From Chloroflexota bacterium (GTDB taxonomy: Bacteria > Chloroflexota > Chloroflexia > QHBQ01), in assembly GCA_043754535.1 (NCBI GenBank), contig JAYUUN010000093.1:19590-83589 (forward strand): DNA of 64,000 bases, in the 5' to 3' direction. Under the pieces are notes generated by a model that did no database searches, was not told where the DNA came from, and saw only the letters and a program-made list of their open reading frames with translations. Shown here piece by piece: positions 55,253 to 64,000 of this stretch. Every line of letters starts with the position of its first letter. Position 1 is the stretch's first letter. Both the position numbers and the translations under genes were made by a program.

Positions 55253-57088
55253 ATGAACGCACAACAGGTGGGTGGCCTCAACGCCCAGGATATGGAGAAC
55301 AAGCATCTTGACCCGCTAGCTAGTGAGGATGTGGCCGATTACGCAAAGGACGAGCTAGGCAAGCTGCGCCACTCGGCGGCCCACGTGCTGGCGGGCGTGC
55401 TGAAGGAGTTGTACCCCGACATTCAACTGGCGATTGGTCCAGCTATCGAGAACGGCTTCTACTACGACGTAGATTTGGAACACCGCTTCACCGAGGAGGA
55501 CTTTGCCGCTATCGAGGGTCGGATGCGCGAGGTGATCGCTGGGGACTACCCCTTTGAGGGGCGCGTGGTCAGCCGAGCCGAGGCGTTGGAACTGTTCAAG
55601 CACGCCCCCTACAAACTGGAGATCATCAACGACCTGCCCGCCGACGCAGAGTTGCGCGTCTACCACCACTACAACTTTGAAGACCTCTGTCGGGGCGGCC
55701 ACACTGCCACCACTGGCGGCATCGGGGTAGTCAAGTTGATGAGCGTGGCGGGCGCATACTGGCGCGGCGACGAGAAGCGACCAATGCTGCAACGGCTCTA
55801 CGGCACCGCCTGGCGGGCGCAGGAGGAGCTTGACCAGTACCTCTACCGCATTGAGGAAGCGAAGCGGCGCGACCACCGCAAGCTGGGTAAGGAGCTTGGC
55901 CTCTTTATCATCAGCGACTTGACGGGGCCAGGCCTGCCGCTGCTGCTGCCGAAGGGCGAGGCGATCCGCTACGAGATGGAGCAGTATGTGCGCGAGGTAC
56001 AGCGCAAGTATGGCTATCAGTTCGTGCGTACCAACAACATTGGCCGCAAGGAGCTTTACATCCAGTCGGGCCATCTTGAGCATTACAAGGATAGTATGTA
56101 CCCGCTGATGGAGGACCCAGAAGACCCGGATGAGTCCTACGCACTCAAGCCGATGAACTGCCCTCACCACTTCGTCCTCTACAAGTCGAGCCTGCACAGC
56201 TACCGCGACCTGCCAGTGCGCTACGCCGAGTTCAGCACCCTCTACCGCTACGAGCGGAGCGGGCAGTTGACTGGCATGGCTCGCGTTCGCAGCCTCACCC
56301 AGGATGACGCGCACATCATCTGCCGCGAAGACCAGGTGGCTGCCGAGTTCGAGCGGCGGCTGAAGGTGGTGCGTGAAGTGCTGGCGACCTACGGCCTCTA
56401 CGACTACTGGCTGCGCCTCAGCCTGCACGACCCGAAGGATGCCAACAAGTACGGCGATACCACAGTCTGGCAGCAGGCCGAGGACACCTTGCGCGAGGTG
56501 ATGGATCGCCTGGGTATCCAGTACATCGCGGTTGAGGGCGAGGCGGCCTTCTATGGCCCGAAGATGGACTTGATGGTACGTGATGTGCTTGGTAGGGAGT
56601 GGCAGATGTCAACCATCCAGCTTGACCTGGTGCAGCCACGCCGCTTCAATATGGAGTATATCGGCGAGGATGGGCAGCCGCACATCCCGGTGGTGATCCA
56701 CAGTGCGGTGACCGGCTCGGAGGAGCGCACGATGGCGATGCTGATCGAGCATTACGCCGGGGCGTTCCCCCTCTGGCTAGCCCCGGTGCAAGCAGTGCTG
56801 ATCCCCATCTCCGACCTCAAGCATGGCGACTACGCCCGCGAGGTGGCCGAGAGGATGCTGCAAGTGGGCTTCCGGGCCGAGGTGGATGACCGTAAGGAGC
56901 GGATGCAAGCTAGAATCCGTGACGCGCAGTTGCAGAAGGTTCCCTATATGCTTATAATGGGTGACAAGGAGCGGGATGCTAACGCTGTGGCGGTGCGCCT
57001 TCGCAGTGGCGAAGATCTCGGCCCCGTCCCTCTCGACCAACTGATCGAACGGATGACCCAGGAAGTACGCGAACGTAAGCACAACTAG
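55253..57088 (+). CDS. thrS: threonine--tRNA ligase (catalytic core + anticodon-binding domain, no N-terminal TGS/editing domains)
   Basis: It has the class II motifs with ...CRGGH...VKLMSVAGAYWRGD... and the Zn-binding context. At 611 aa it is shorter than E. coli ThrRS. Confidence 0.9.
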   Translation: MNAQQVGGLNAQDMENKHLDPLASEDVADYAKDELGKLRHSAAHVLAGVLKELYPDIQLAIGPAIENGFYYDVDLEHRFTEEDFAAIEGRMREVIAGDYPFEGRVVSRAEALELFKHAPYKLEIINDLPADAELRVYHHYNFEDLCRGGHTATTGGIGVVKLMSVAGAYWRGDEKRPMLQRLYGTAWRAQEELDQYLYRIEEAKRRDHRKLGKELGLFIISDLTGPGLPLLLPKGEAIRYEMEQYVREVQRKYGYQFVRTNNIGRKELYIQSGHLEHYKDSMYPLMEDPEDPDESYALKPMNCPHHFVLYKSSLHSYRDLPVRYAEFSTLYRYERSGQLTGMARVRSLTQDDAHIICREDQVAAEFERRLKVVREVLATYGLYDYWLRLSLHDPKDANKYGDTTVWQQAEDTLREVMDRLGIQYIAVEGEAAFYGPKMDLMVRDVLGREWQMSTIQLDLVQPRRFNMEYIGEDGQPHIPVVIHSAVTGSEERTMAMLIEHYAGAFPLWLAPVQAVLIPISDLKHGDYAREVAERMLQVGFRAEVDDRKERMQARIRDAQLQKVPYMLIMGDKERDANAVAVRLRSGEDLGPVPLDQLIERMTQEVRERKHN

Positions 57089-57156
57089 CTGAGCAGGCTG
57101 TGGTGGGGGTTAGACCGCCCCCACCGCTACTCAGCACTTTATGAGGAGAAACAACG

Positions 57157-57444
57157 ATGTTTGGTAAGCTCATCCGCTTTACGCTCGGTGTGGTGATTGG
57201 TGGAGGGATCGGGGTGGCGACTGCCATGCTGCTCGCCCCCGCCAGTGGCGACGAGACCCGCGACACGGTGAAGGGCCGCCTCTCAGAACTAGGCGATAGC
57301 TTCCGCCAGGCGCAACTGGAGAAGGAACAACAGATGCGCGCCGAGTGGGAGGAGAAGATCAAGCTGGAGGAGATGCGCGAGCGCGAGGAGAAACACGAGA
57401 CTGCCCGCACCGCCAAGGCCAGCGCGAACGGCAATCGCGGCTAG
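57157..57444 (+). CDS. YtxH-like (DUF948) small membrane-associated protein
   Basis: One N-terminal TM helix is followed by a coiled, charged region (ETRDTVKGRLSELGDSFRQAQLEKEQQMRAEWEE). Confidence 0.55.
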   Translation: MFGKLIRFTLGVVIGGGIGVATAMLLAPASGDETRDTVKGRLSELGDSFRQAQLEKEQQMRAEWEEKIKLEEMREREEKHETARTAKASANGNRG

Positions 57445-57574
57445 TTCCAGCGGTGATTGGCCCCGGTCATCCAAAGACGCACAGAAGTGGGGAGCCAACC
57501 CGCCCCGCTCTTTGTAACCCAGACGCACTGTTTGTCGCTCAGCCGAGGAGTGAGCCAGGGGTAGGAGACGAACA

Positions 57575-58210
57575 ATGGCTGATGAACAGAGTAACCAGCC
57601 GCTTGACGTAGAGCGACTGACGATCAATACGCCAGAGGAGCGACGGGCGCAACGCCAGCACGAGCAGCAGGAAGCCCTGCGCCAGGGTATCCTACTTGGC
57701 ACCAACGCAACCGAACGCTGGGGCAGCCTTGCGGAGAAGCGCATCCACGACGCAATAGAGGCGGGCGCGTTCAACAAGCTGAAGGGTGAAGGCGCGCCGC
57801 TGCCACCCAGCGAGTATGACAACCCACTCTGCCCTGACGACCAGAAGATGGCCTTCTCTCTGCTCCGCAACAACGGGGTTGTTCCCGACTGGGTACAGCT
57901 TGCCCAGGAGATCGAGCGCGACCGTGAGGCAGCCACCAGCTTCGCCGACGATCACTTCGCCATGCTCCGTCAGCGGCTGGCGAACCTTAGCCGCCTACCA
58001 ATCCTCAAGATGCGGAACGAGGTGGATAGCCTCAAGCGCAGCCATGCCGCCGCTACAACCAACTACCGCACCCGCCTTGTCAACCTGAACGAGAAGATCA
58101 ACCGCTTCAACGCGATCTGCCCGGTTGCCAGTCTGTCGCAGGCTACCTGCGTGCTGGATACGCAGTTGCGCGATTGGGATCGCCGCACCCCCGCCTACCT
58201 GGAATACTGA
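57575..58210 (+). CDS. DUF1992 (DnaJC28-like) domain protein
   Basis: AEKRIHDAIEAGAFNKLKGEGAPLP resembles the ERRI.EA...G.FDNLPG.GKPL signature of DUF1992; the match is from memory. Confidence 0.5.
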   Translation: MADEQSNQPLDVERLTINTPEERRAQRQHEQQEALRQGILLGTNATERWGSLAEKRIHDAIEAGAFNKLKGEGAPLPPSEYDNPLCPDDQKMAFSLLRNNGVVPDWVQLAQEIERDREAATSFADDHFAMLRQRLANLSRLPILKMRNEVDSLKRSHAAATTNYRTRLVNLNEKINRFNAICPVASLSQATCVLDTQLRDWDRRTPAYLEY

Positions 58211-58211
58211 C

Positions 58212-58661
58212 CTACAGCAGACCTGCTGCCCTTGCCATCGGCTCATAAAGTTCTGGGTGATCGCGCAGGCGCAGGGGTCGCCCCTGCTTGTCGGCGAAGG
58301 CGTGGACGGTGAAGCCCTCGGCCACCCTTTGGCCGCTAGCCTGGTTGATGATCTCATACTCCATCCGCAGGCGCACGCGGCCCATCTCAGCCACCCAGGT
58401 ACGCACCGTCAGTTCGTCCTCGTAGGTACAGGGGAGAATATAGTGGCAATAGCACTCGGTGGCGGGCAGCAGGAGGCCGCGTTCCTCTAGCACACCGTAG
58501 GACACGCCACCAAAGTCGCGGATCAACGCACTACGCCCCACCTCGAACCAGATGAAGTAGTTGGCCTGGTAGACACGGCCCATGCGGTCAGTCTCAGCGT
58601 AGCGTACCCGCACCGTTGCTTCGCTAACCTGCTTGCCTACGCTCGAAATCGCCTGTTCCAT
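58212..58661 (-). CDS. acyl-CoA thioesterase, 4HBT/YbgC-like hotdog fold
   Basis: VRVRYAETDRMGRVYQANYFIWFEVGR is a typical 4HBT N-terminus with the catalytic Asp. Confidence 0.75.
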   Translation of the reverse strand: MEQAISSVGKQVSEATVRVRYAETDRMGRVYQANYFIWFEVGRSALIRDFGGVSYGVLEERGLLLPATECYCHYILPCTYEDELTVRTWVAEMGRVRLRMEYEIINQASGQRVAEGFTVHAFADKQGRPLRLRDHPELYEPMARAAGLL

Positions 58662-58757
58662 CTATACTCCTTCGCAGGGGGCGCAGAGGGAAAGCGAAAA
58701 GAGGAAAGGTGGGCTGGGCAGCAGCTACCTTCCCTCTCTCAGACTGCCCCTTTGCGC

Positions 58758-59849
58758 TCACAAGGCTGGCTGGGCCAGTTTGACATAGCGGCGCACGCTG
58801 TTGCGGTTGCGGGCATCGGGGGCGAGGCCCAACAGCAGCAGCAACTTCTCCACGTCTGCCCCCTCCTTCGATTGGTTGATCGCGTAGGTGTCGCGCAGGG
58901 TTTGCGGCGTGACTAGCTTCTTGAGGTCGGCATCGGTGGCGACGCGGGCTACCAACTTGTTGACCGACTGTGGCATCATCTCAAAGAGGTGGTCGCGGGG
59001 CTGGTACTCATCCTGGTAGCGTCTGAGGTCGGCTCCGAACTCCGCATCGGCGGCCAGCTTGCGCTCCTTGCCCTGCTTGCGCTGCTCGTCGTAGAAGACG
59101 TAGATGATCGGGCGGCTGGGGTCACTCATATCAACATGCTCGGCCTTGAGGCTAAGTAGCTCTCCCCGCGTCAGGCCCAGGCGCAGCAGGCAATAGACGA
59201 TCAGGTAGGTACGCAAGCTCTCCTCGCGGGCCATCAGCAAAATGCTGTCTTGCTCGTTGTCAAAGAGTGGCTGAGGGGTCTTAAGCGGTATGTAGTCGGG
59301 GTAGTAATTCGCGCTGGGGTCGTAGGTGAGGACGTGGGCGATTTTGATCAGGAAGCGGAACAGGCCACCAATGCTGGTCAGCCGCCGCTTGCGCGTAGAC
59401 TTGTTGGTGCTGAGGGAGAGGAAGTTGCCAATCTCAGCCGGGTTGATCTTGTCAATCGTTTTTGCGCCCACGTAGTCCTGAAAGAGCGCGAGGTCGTACA
59501 TATAGCTAGCGACGGTATTGTAGGGCCGCTTCTCCTGCTCAAGTTGCCGCCGATACCACCAGCGGGCCACTTCGAGCGAGGAGTTCGCTTCGAGGTTTGG
59601 CACGTCGGCAATAGGGCGCAGCATCTCCCCTTTGGGGCCAATAGTAAACAACTCTGGCTGGAAGTCCTGCATGGTAACGGATCGCTCTGGGATCGGCTGG
59701 CGGCCCTCTAGTACGCTCATATCTGGGGCGGGGCCAGGGGGCGGCGCGCCAGCGGCAGTGCGGCGCAACCGCTGCGGGCGACTGCCAATCACCACCAGAT
59801 CATCTTCTTTTGGCTGCGCCCGCTTGGGACGCAGATCGTCGCTGCTCAT
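58758..59849 (-). CDS. tyrosine-recombinase (Xer/phage-integrase)-like protein lacking both conserved catalytic His residues
   Basis: The C-terminus aligns to XerD box II: KLVTPQTLRDTYAI...GADVEKLLLLLGLAP...VRRYVKL. The Arg and Tyr are retained. His244 is replaced by Gln and His270 by Leu. About 100 aa at the N-terminus are disordered. Confidence 0.55.
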   Translation of the reverse strand: MSSDDLRPKRAQPKEDDLVVIGSRPQRLRRTAAGAPPPGPAPDMSVLEGRQPIPERSVTMQDFQPELFTIGPKGEMLRPIADVPNLEANSSLEVARWWYRRQLEQEKRPYNTVASYMYDLALFQDYVGAKTIDKINPAEIGNFLSLSTNKSTRKRRLTSIGGLFRFLIKIAHVLTYDPSANYYPDYIPLKTPQPLFDNEQDSILLMAREESLRTYLIVYCLLRLGLTRGELLSLKAEHVDMSDPSRPIIYVFYDEQRKQGKERKLAADAEFGADLRRYQDEYQPRDHLFEMMPQSVNKLVARVATDADLKKLVTPQTLRDTYAINQSKEGADVEKLLLLLGLAPDARNRNSVRRYVKLAQPAL

Positions 59850-59935
59850 CGTTCTACCTCCTCTTTACATAATTATACCCGACTTTCGGGATATGTCAAG
59901 GGGGGGCGAACAGAATTGCTGAATCTTCGGCTGGC

Positions 59936-62518
59936 TCAGGCTGGGCGGCGTAGGCGGCTGCTACGTGGTGGGTTGGGGATGATGCGCTGCTGGTTGCTGC
60001 TGCGTAGCGGGTTGCTTCGTAGCGAGCCACCACGGGCAGGCGTGGCTGGCGGAGGGCTGGCGGAGGGGGTGCTGGGCCGCTGGCCGCTACGCTGGGTGGT
60101 AGGCTGCGGAGGTCGGTTACTGCTACCGCTCTCGTTGGTCAGGCGGGTAGCAGAGTAGACCTCCTTGATCGCGCTGATGCGGGCCAACACCTGGCGCAGT
60201 TGCGACACGCCGCTCACCTCCAACGTCACCGTGACGCTGACTGTGCCGCGCCGTTCCTCGCGGGCGGTGTTGATCATCGCAATGTTTACCTTCTCCTCGG
60301 AGATGATGCCAGTGATCTTGTGCAGCACGCCCGAACTGTCGAGTGCATTGATCATCACGGCCACTGGGTAGCGTTGGCCGTGGGTTCCCCACTCTACCTT
60401 GAATAGGCGATCCGGGTCGAAGCCGCCGACGTTGGCACAGTCGGCGCGGTGGATGGTGATCTTGCTCACTTTGGTCGAGTAGGCTGTCACCTCATCGCCG
60501 GGCATGGGGTTGCAGCAATGGGCAGGCGACCAGGCGATGCTGCGCGAACCGTCAATGACCAGCTTACCCTGCTCCTCGCTGGGCAGCGATAGCTTGCTGA
60601 TCTTCTCCTTCGCCTCCTCCTCCTGTTCCCCTTCAGCCCGATCAAGCACAGTCTTGGGGAACTTATCGCTGATCATCTGGCCGGTGATCTCGCCATAGCC
60701 GATGGCAGCAAGGAACTCATCCGTGGTACGGAAGCGGGTGCGCGAGAAGTAGGAGGCGATATCTTCGTAGCTCAGGCGGGTAAGGCCCAGGCTTCGCAGT
60801 TCTGCGTCAAGGATGCGCTTACCTTCGGTGATGTTCTCGTCACGCTGCTGACGACGGAACCATTGCTTGATTTTAGCCCGCACCGAGGGGGATTTGACGA
60901 AGTTCTTGCTCTCGTCCAGCCAATCGCGGGTAGGGCCGGGACGTAGCACCTTGTTGGTGATCACCTCCACCACCTGGCCGTTCTGCAAGGGGGTACTAAA
61001 GCTCGCCGTCTTGCCATCCACAATCGCCTGGATCATGTGGTTGCCGATGTCGCTGTGGATGTGGTAGGCAAAGTCAACCGGGGTCGAGCCAGCAGGCAGT
61101 TCGCGCACATCACCGTTAGGGGTGAAGACGTAGATATAGTCCTGGAAGGCCTCCGATTTGAAGTCCTCAACAAACTGGCTGGGGCTACTCACGTCTTTCA
61201 TCCAGTCGATCAGGCGGCGCAGGCTAGCGATCTTGTCCAGCAGCTTTTCGTCAGCGGGTGAGTCCTCTTTGTACCGCCAGTGGGCAGCAAGACCGTACTC
61301 TGCCTCCTCGTGCATATTGCTGGTGCGAATCTGAATCTCCACCGAGCGACCGTCTGGGCCATGCACTGCCGTGTGCAGCGAGCGGTAGATGCCGTTGCGA
61401 GGCGAACCCAGGTAGTCGTCGAACTCAGCAATAATTGGCCGCCAGATGCTGTGGATGATGCCCAGTGCGGTGTAGCACTTGCGCCAGCCGGGGCTACTTT
61501 TGCCCACAGCAGAGCTTTCCAGGTCGCCCTCCTCCGAGGGGATGATCACCCTAATACCTAGCACGTCATAGATTTCGTCCGCGGGGCGGTTCTTACGCTG
61601 CATCTTGCGCCACACACCAAACAGGTGCTTGCTACGCCCCTTGACCACCACATCAATGCCGATGTCGGCCAGGCTGCTACGAATCTCAGCAATCATCTGG
61701 GCCAGATAGCGGTCGTCACCCGCCTTGCGCCGTTGCAGGTCGCTCTGCACCTGGGCGTAGGCTTCGGGTTCGAGGTAGCGGAAGCAGAGGTCTTCCAACT
61801 CGTTCTTGATCGCCGACATACCAAAGCGGTTGGCAAGGGGAGCGAAGATGTCAAGCGTCTGGTTGGCGATCCGCTTGTGCTTGTGGGCAGGCTGGGCGGC
61901 TAGCGTCCGCATATTGTGCAGGCGGTCGGCCAGCTTGATGAAGACGACCCGCAAATCTTCCGCCATAGCAAGGAACATCTTCCGCATATTCTCGGCTTGC
62001 TGATGTTCCTTTACCATCTCAGCCTGCCGCTCGGCACTGACTTCGGGGCCAGAGCCAACCCCACTGTGTTCGCCAAACTGCGACTTCTCCAGCTTGGTCA
62101 GCCCATCCACCAGTTCTGCAATGCGGGTGCCAAACTCCTTCTCAATGTGTTCCTTCGTGCAGGGAGTATCCTCGATCACGTCATGCAACAGGGCTGCCGC
62201 CAAAGCTTCGCGGTTGACCAGATGGACATCGCGCACCACGATCAGAGCAACCTCCAGCGGGTGCTGGATGTACGGCTCTCCACTACGGCGCGACTGGCCC
62301 TCATGGGCGGCGCGGGCGAAGTTGTAAGCCTGCTCTACTACGCTGAAGTCGGCATCTGGCTCGAACTGTTGGATTGCGGCGCGCAGGTCGTCAATGGTGG
62401 CGTGGCTGACTGGCACCAAGGGAAGGGGGAGGTCGTGCTTGACCTGATTGTGACTTGTTACCATCGCTGCACCTGCTTGCTGAGGGGGTAGCCAGAAGCG
62501 AGACAATGCCATAAGCAC
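59936..62518 (-). CDS. rel: bifunctional (p)ppGpp synthetase/hydrolase Rel with a ~75-aa Ser/Pro-rich C-terminal tail
   Basis: It has the HD hydrolase motif (HDVIEDT), the synthetase motif (DVLGIRVIIP), and the TGS and ACT regions. The start could be 62518 or 62464. Confidence 0.85.
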   Translation of the reverse strand: MLMALSRFWLPPQQAGAAMVTSHNQVKHDLPLPLVPVSHATIDDLRAAIQQFEPDADFSVVEQAYNFARAAHEGQSRRSGEPYIQHPLEVALIVVRDVHLVNREALAAALLHDVIEDTPCTKEHIEKEFGTRIAELVDGLTKLEKSQFGEHSGVGSGPEVSAERQAEMVKEHQQAENMRKMFLAMAEDLRVVFIKLADRLHNMRTLAAQPAHKHKRIANQTLDIFAPLANRFGMSAIKNELEDLCFRYLEPEAYAQVQSDLQRRKAGDDRYLAQMIAEIRSSLADIGIDVVVKGRSKHLFGVWRKMQRKNRPADEIYDVLGIRVIIPSEEGDLESSAVGKSSPGWRKCYTALGIIHSIWRPIIAEFDDYLGSPRNGIYRSLHTAVHGPDGRSVEIQIRTSNMHEEAEYGLAAHWRYKEDSPADEKLLDKIASLRRLIDWMKDVSSPSQFVEDFKSEAFQDYIYVFTPNGDVRELPAGSTPVDFAYHIHSDIGNHMIQAIVDGKTASFSTPLQNGQVVEVITNKVLRPGPTRDWLDESKNFVKSPSVRAKIKQWFRRQQRDENITEGKRILDAELRSLGLTRLSYEDIASYFSRTRFRTTDEFLAAIGYGEITGQMISDKFPKTVLDRAEGEQEEEAKEKISKLSLPSEEQGKLVIDGSRSIAWSPAHCCNPMPGDEVTAYSTKVSKITIHRADCANVGGFDPDRLFKVEWGTHGQRYPVAVMINALDSSGVLHKITGIISEEKVNIAMINTAREERRGTVSVTVTLEVSGVSQLRQVLARISAIKEVYSATRLTNESGSSNRPPQPTTQRSGQRPSTPSASPPPATPARGGSLRSNPLRSSNQQRIIPNPPRSSRLRRPA

Positions 62519-62869
62519 TGCCTCACACTACGTTGTATGAGCCAGAAATCGAGGGGAGGAGCGGAGAGCGGGAGACCAGCAGCAATCTGCTATGCTGGTG
62601 GCTCACCTATATAATAGCGCAACTAATTGCAAATGTCAACTTGTTTTCCACCAAAACCGCTAGGCAGCCGTCAGAACTAGGTTGCGAGCAGTTTTGGCAC
62701 ACGAAATCGGGTGGTTGAGGCTCTCTCACCATTCTCACACTCAAAGATCATGCCCAGCCCTTGACATTTGACCAGATTGTGATTAAAATAACTATTGGAG
62801 CGGCCAGGTTGTACAGCGTCTGGGCAGACGCTCCGCCATTATGACAGTGCGTAAGGAGAGGATTTTGCG

Positions 62870-63406
62870 ATGAACAGCCAGCAAGTTGAGGAATTGACAC
62901 GTATTCTTAGCCAGCACAACACCTTCTTTGTTGCCACCAGCGACGACAACCAGCCCTGGATCACCGGCCTCTACATGGGCTTCGAGTTCTTCCCAGTGGC
63001 GGGTGAGAGCGACCAGTTCGGCTTGCGCTTCTACGCTTCGGTGCTAAGCGACAGCCGCAAGCGCAAGAACCTGGCGATCAACCCCAAGGTCAGCTTCTAC
63101 ATCGGCCCCGATCAGCCCAGCGAGTGCATCCAGGGCATGGGTGAGATGTACATCATGGAGCAAAGCGAGCAGGAACACGCCTATCAAGTGTTGACTAGCA
63201 ACGCTCCCGCCGCCCAGTTCTTCATTGACAACCTGCCAGTCAGCCCAGCGATCATCAAGGCCACCGAGGTCAAGCTCGCCAATTACTACGAGGCCGACAA
63301 GAACCGCCGCTACTTCCTGGATGCCGAGACGGGCCACGAACTGCTCAACCCCTGGACGGGTGGTGGAGTGAACGCCGCCGAGGTGATCGAGGCCGCCGCC
63401 CACTAG
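62870..63406 (+). CDS. pyridoxamine 5'-phosphate oxidase-like FMN-binding split-barrel family protein
   Basis: The pattern FFVATSDDNQPW...YF resembles the PNPOx-like fold family. This is a weak pattern assignment. Confidence 0.5.
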   Translation: MNSQQVEELTRILSQHNTFFVATSDDNQPWITGLYMGFEFFPVAGESDQFGLRFYASVLSDSRKRKNLAINPKVSFYIGPDQPSECIQGMGEMYIMEQSEQEHAYQVLTSNAPAAQFFIDNLPVSPAIIKATEVKLANYYEADKNRRYFLDAETGHELLNPWTGGGVNAAEVIEAAAH

Positions 63407-63478
63407 CAGCAAGGGCGGGGTGGCCCACGCCAGCAGTACAGCGCAGCACAGTTTGCGCCAGCCGAAAGAGGTATCACA

Positions 63479-64000
63479 ATGAACGAGAACACGCAGAACG
63501 AGAATGCCGCTAGCGATCTCAACACCGCCGTCGCGCAGGCAGCGCAGGCAGGCAGCGAGCAGCCGAAGTTCAAGCCTGCCGCTGGCAGCGGCTTTGGCTG
63601 GATTAACGAGAGTGGCAAGGTAGAGAACAAGACGCTAGGCGAGCAGGTGCGCTTGCTGGCGAAGGCGACCCGCTCTGGGGTGGTACTGGTGATGATCCTA
63701 CCGGTGGTGCTGGGTACGTTGCTGGCAACCGCCGTCACCCACCAGTTCAACTTCTTCACCTTCGTGCTGACCGTAGTCGGCGCAGCGGCGGCCCACCTGG
63801 CCTCCAATACAGTCAACGACTACTGGGATTACAAGAGTGGGGCCGACACCCTGGCGACGGAGAGCGAAGGTGAAGTTGCCACCCACAGCGGCGTGCTGGT
63901 CAGCGGGGTGATGACCACTGGGCAGGTTGGCCTGCTCACCGCTATCCTCTTTGCGGTCGCCCTGGCCTGCGGGGTTGGTCTTGCTTTCCTCACTGGCTGG
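63479..64000 (+). CDS. UbiA-family prenyltransferase (MenA-like), truncated at the window end
   Basis: TM helices are followed by the NDYWDYKSGAD motif, which is the aromatic-prenyltransferase Asp-rich motif 1. It is not in the ORF track because there is no stop before the window edge. Confidence 0.55.
   Translation, partial: MNENTQNENAASDLNTAVAQAAQAGSEQPKFKPAAGSGFGWINESGKVENKTLGEQVRLLAKATRSGVVLVMILPVVLGTLLATAVTHQFNFFTFVLTVVGAAAAHLASNTVNDYWDYKSGADTLATESEGEVATHSGVLVSGVMTTGQVGLLTAILFAVALACGVGLAFLTGW

Noticed and set aside
57091-57138. A long GC hairpin after thrS, considered as an additional riboswitch or attenuator
   Set aside because: It is followed only by a weak T-tract. It is most simply the thrS transcription terminator or a stabilising 3' stem-loop, and there is no evidence of more.
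58758-59849. A prophage or integrative element anchored by the integrase-like gene
   Set aside because: No phage structural, replication or excision genes are present, and there are no att-like repeats or tRNA target. The flanking genes (rel, a thioesterase, DUF1992) are core-type. I reported it as a degenerate recombinase-like gene, not as a mobile element.
1-64000. CRISPR arrays, IS elements/transposases or rRNA genes
   Set aside because: I found no spacer-repeat periodicity, no DDE/HTH transposase-like ORFs, no terminal inverted repeats flanking any gene block and no rRNA-like stretches. The only repeats are in-frame coding tandem repeats (the SLH protein linker and the PBP tails).

Overview
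The window is a high-GC (~62%) chromosomal segment. Its gene content points to a Chloroflexota-like (possibly Ktedonobacteria-type) organism: SpoVR/PrkA/YeaH, S-layer homology (SLH) proteins, 'YYY'-type GT-C membrane proteins and Pro/Thr-rich linkers. This taxonomic placement is inference, not a search result. Most of the window is housekeeping: corA, a MacB-type ABC pair, asnB, asnS, thrS with a T-box leader, a class A PBP, rel, udk, an ferredoxin-NADP reductase (FNR)-type reductase, a LysR regulator and a tRNA-Glu. Two things stand out. First, a cell-envelope glycosylation island in two parts (about 10.3-22.7 kb and 31.1-41.3 kb). It holds five paralogous GT-C-fold glycosyltransferases (PMT/ArnT-like), three of them fused to extracytoplasmic NHL beta-propellers (NCL-1/HT2A/Lin-41 repeats) and one also to a PA14 domain. 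It also holds two copies of a 'Dpm1-like GT2 + class-I SAM methyltransferase' module, a GT4 and an AsnB-family amidotransferase. I read this as an uncharacterised polyprenyl-phosphate-sugar-dependent glycosylation system, with neighbouring Pro/Thr-linker secreted proteins as candidate substrates. Second, the island is split by a prkA-yeaH-spoVR operon that carries a beta-class DNA methyltransferase whose start overlaps the yeaH stop codon, followed by a 613-bp low-GC stretch with three overlapping small ORFs just upstream of spoVR. Other notable points are a recurring extended -10 promoter element TGTG(G/C)TATAAT with at least two leaderless starts, a TM-anchored standalone Cas4-like nuclease, a tyrosine-recombinase-like protein lacking two catalytic His residues next to rel, and a LysR ORF with no stop codon that runs antisense through the fnr gene. 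I found no CRISPR array, IS element or rRNA.
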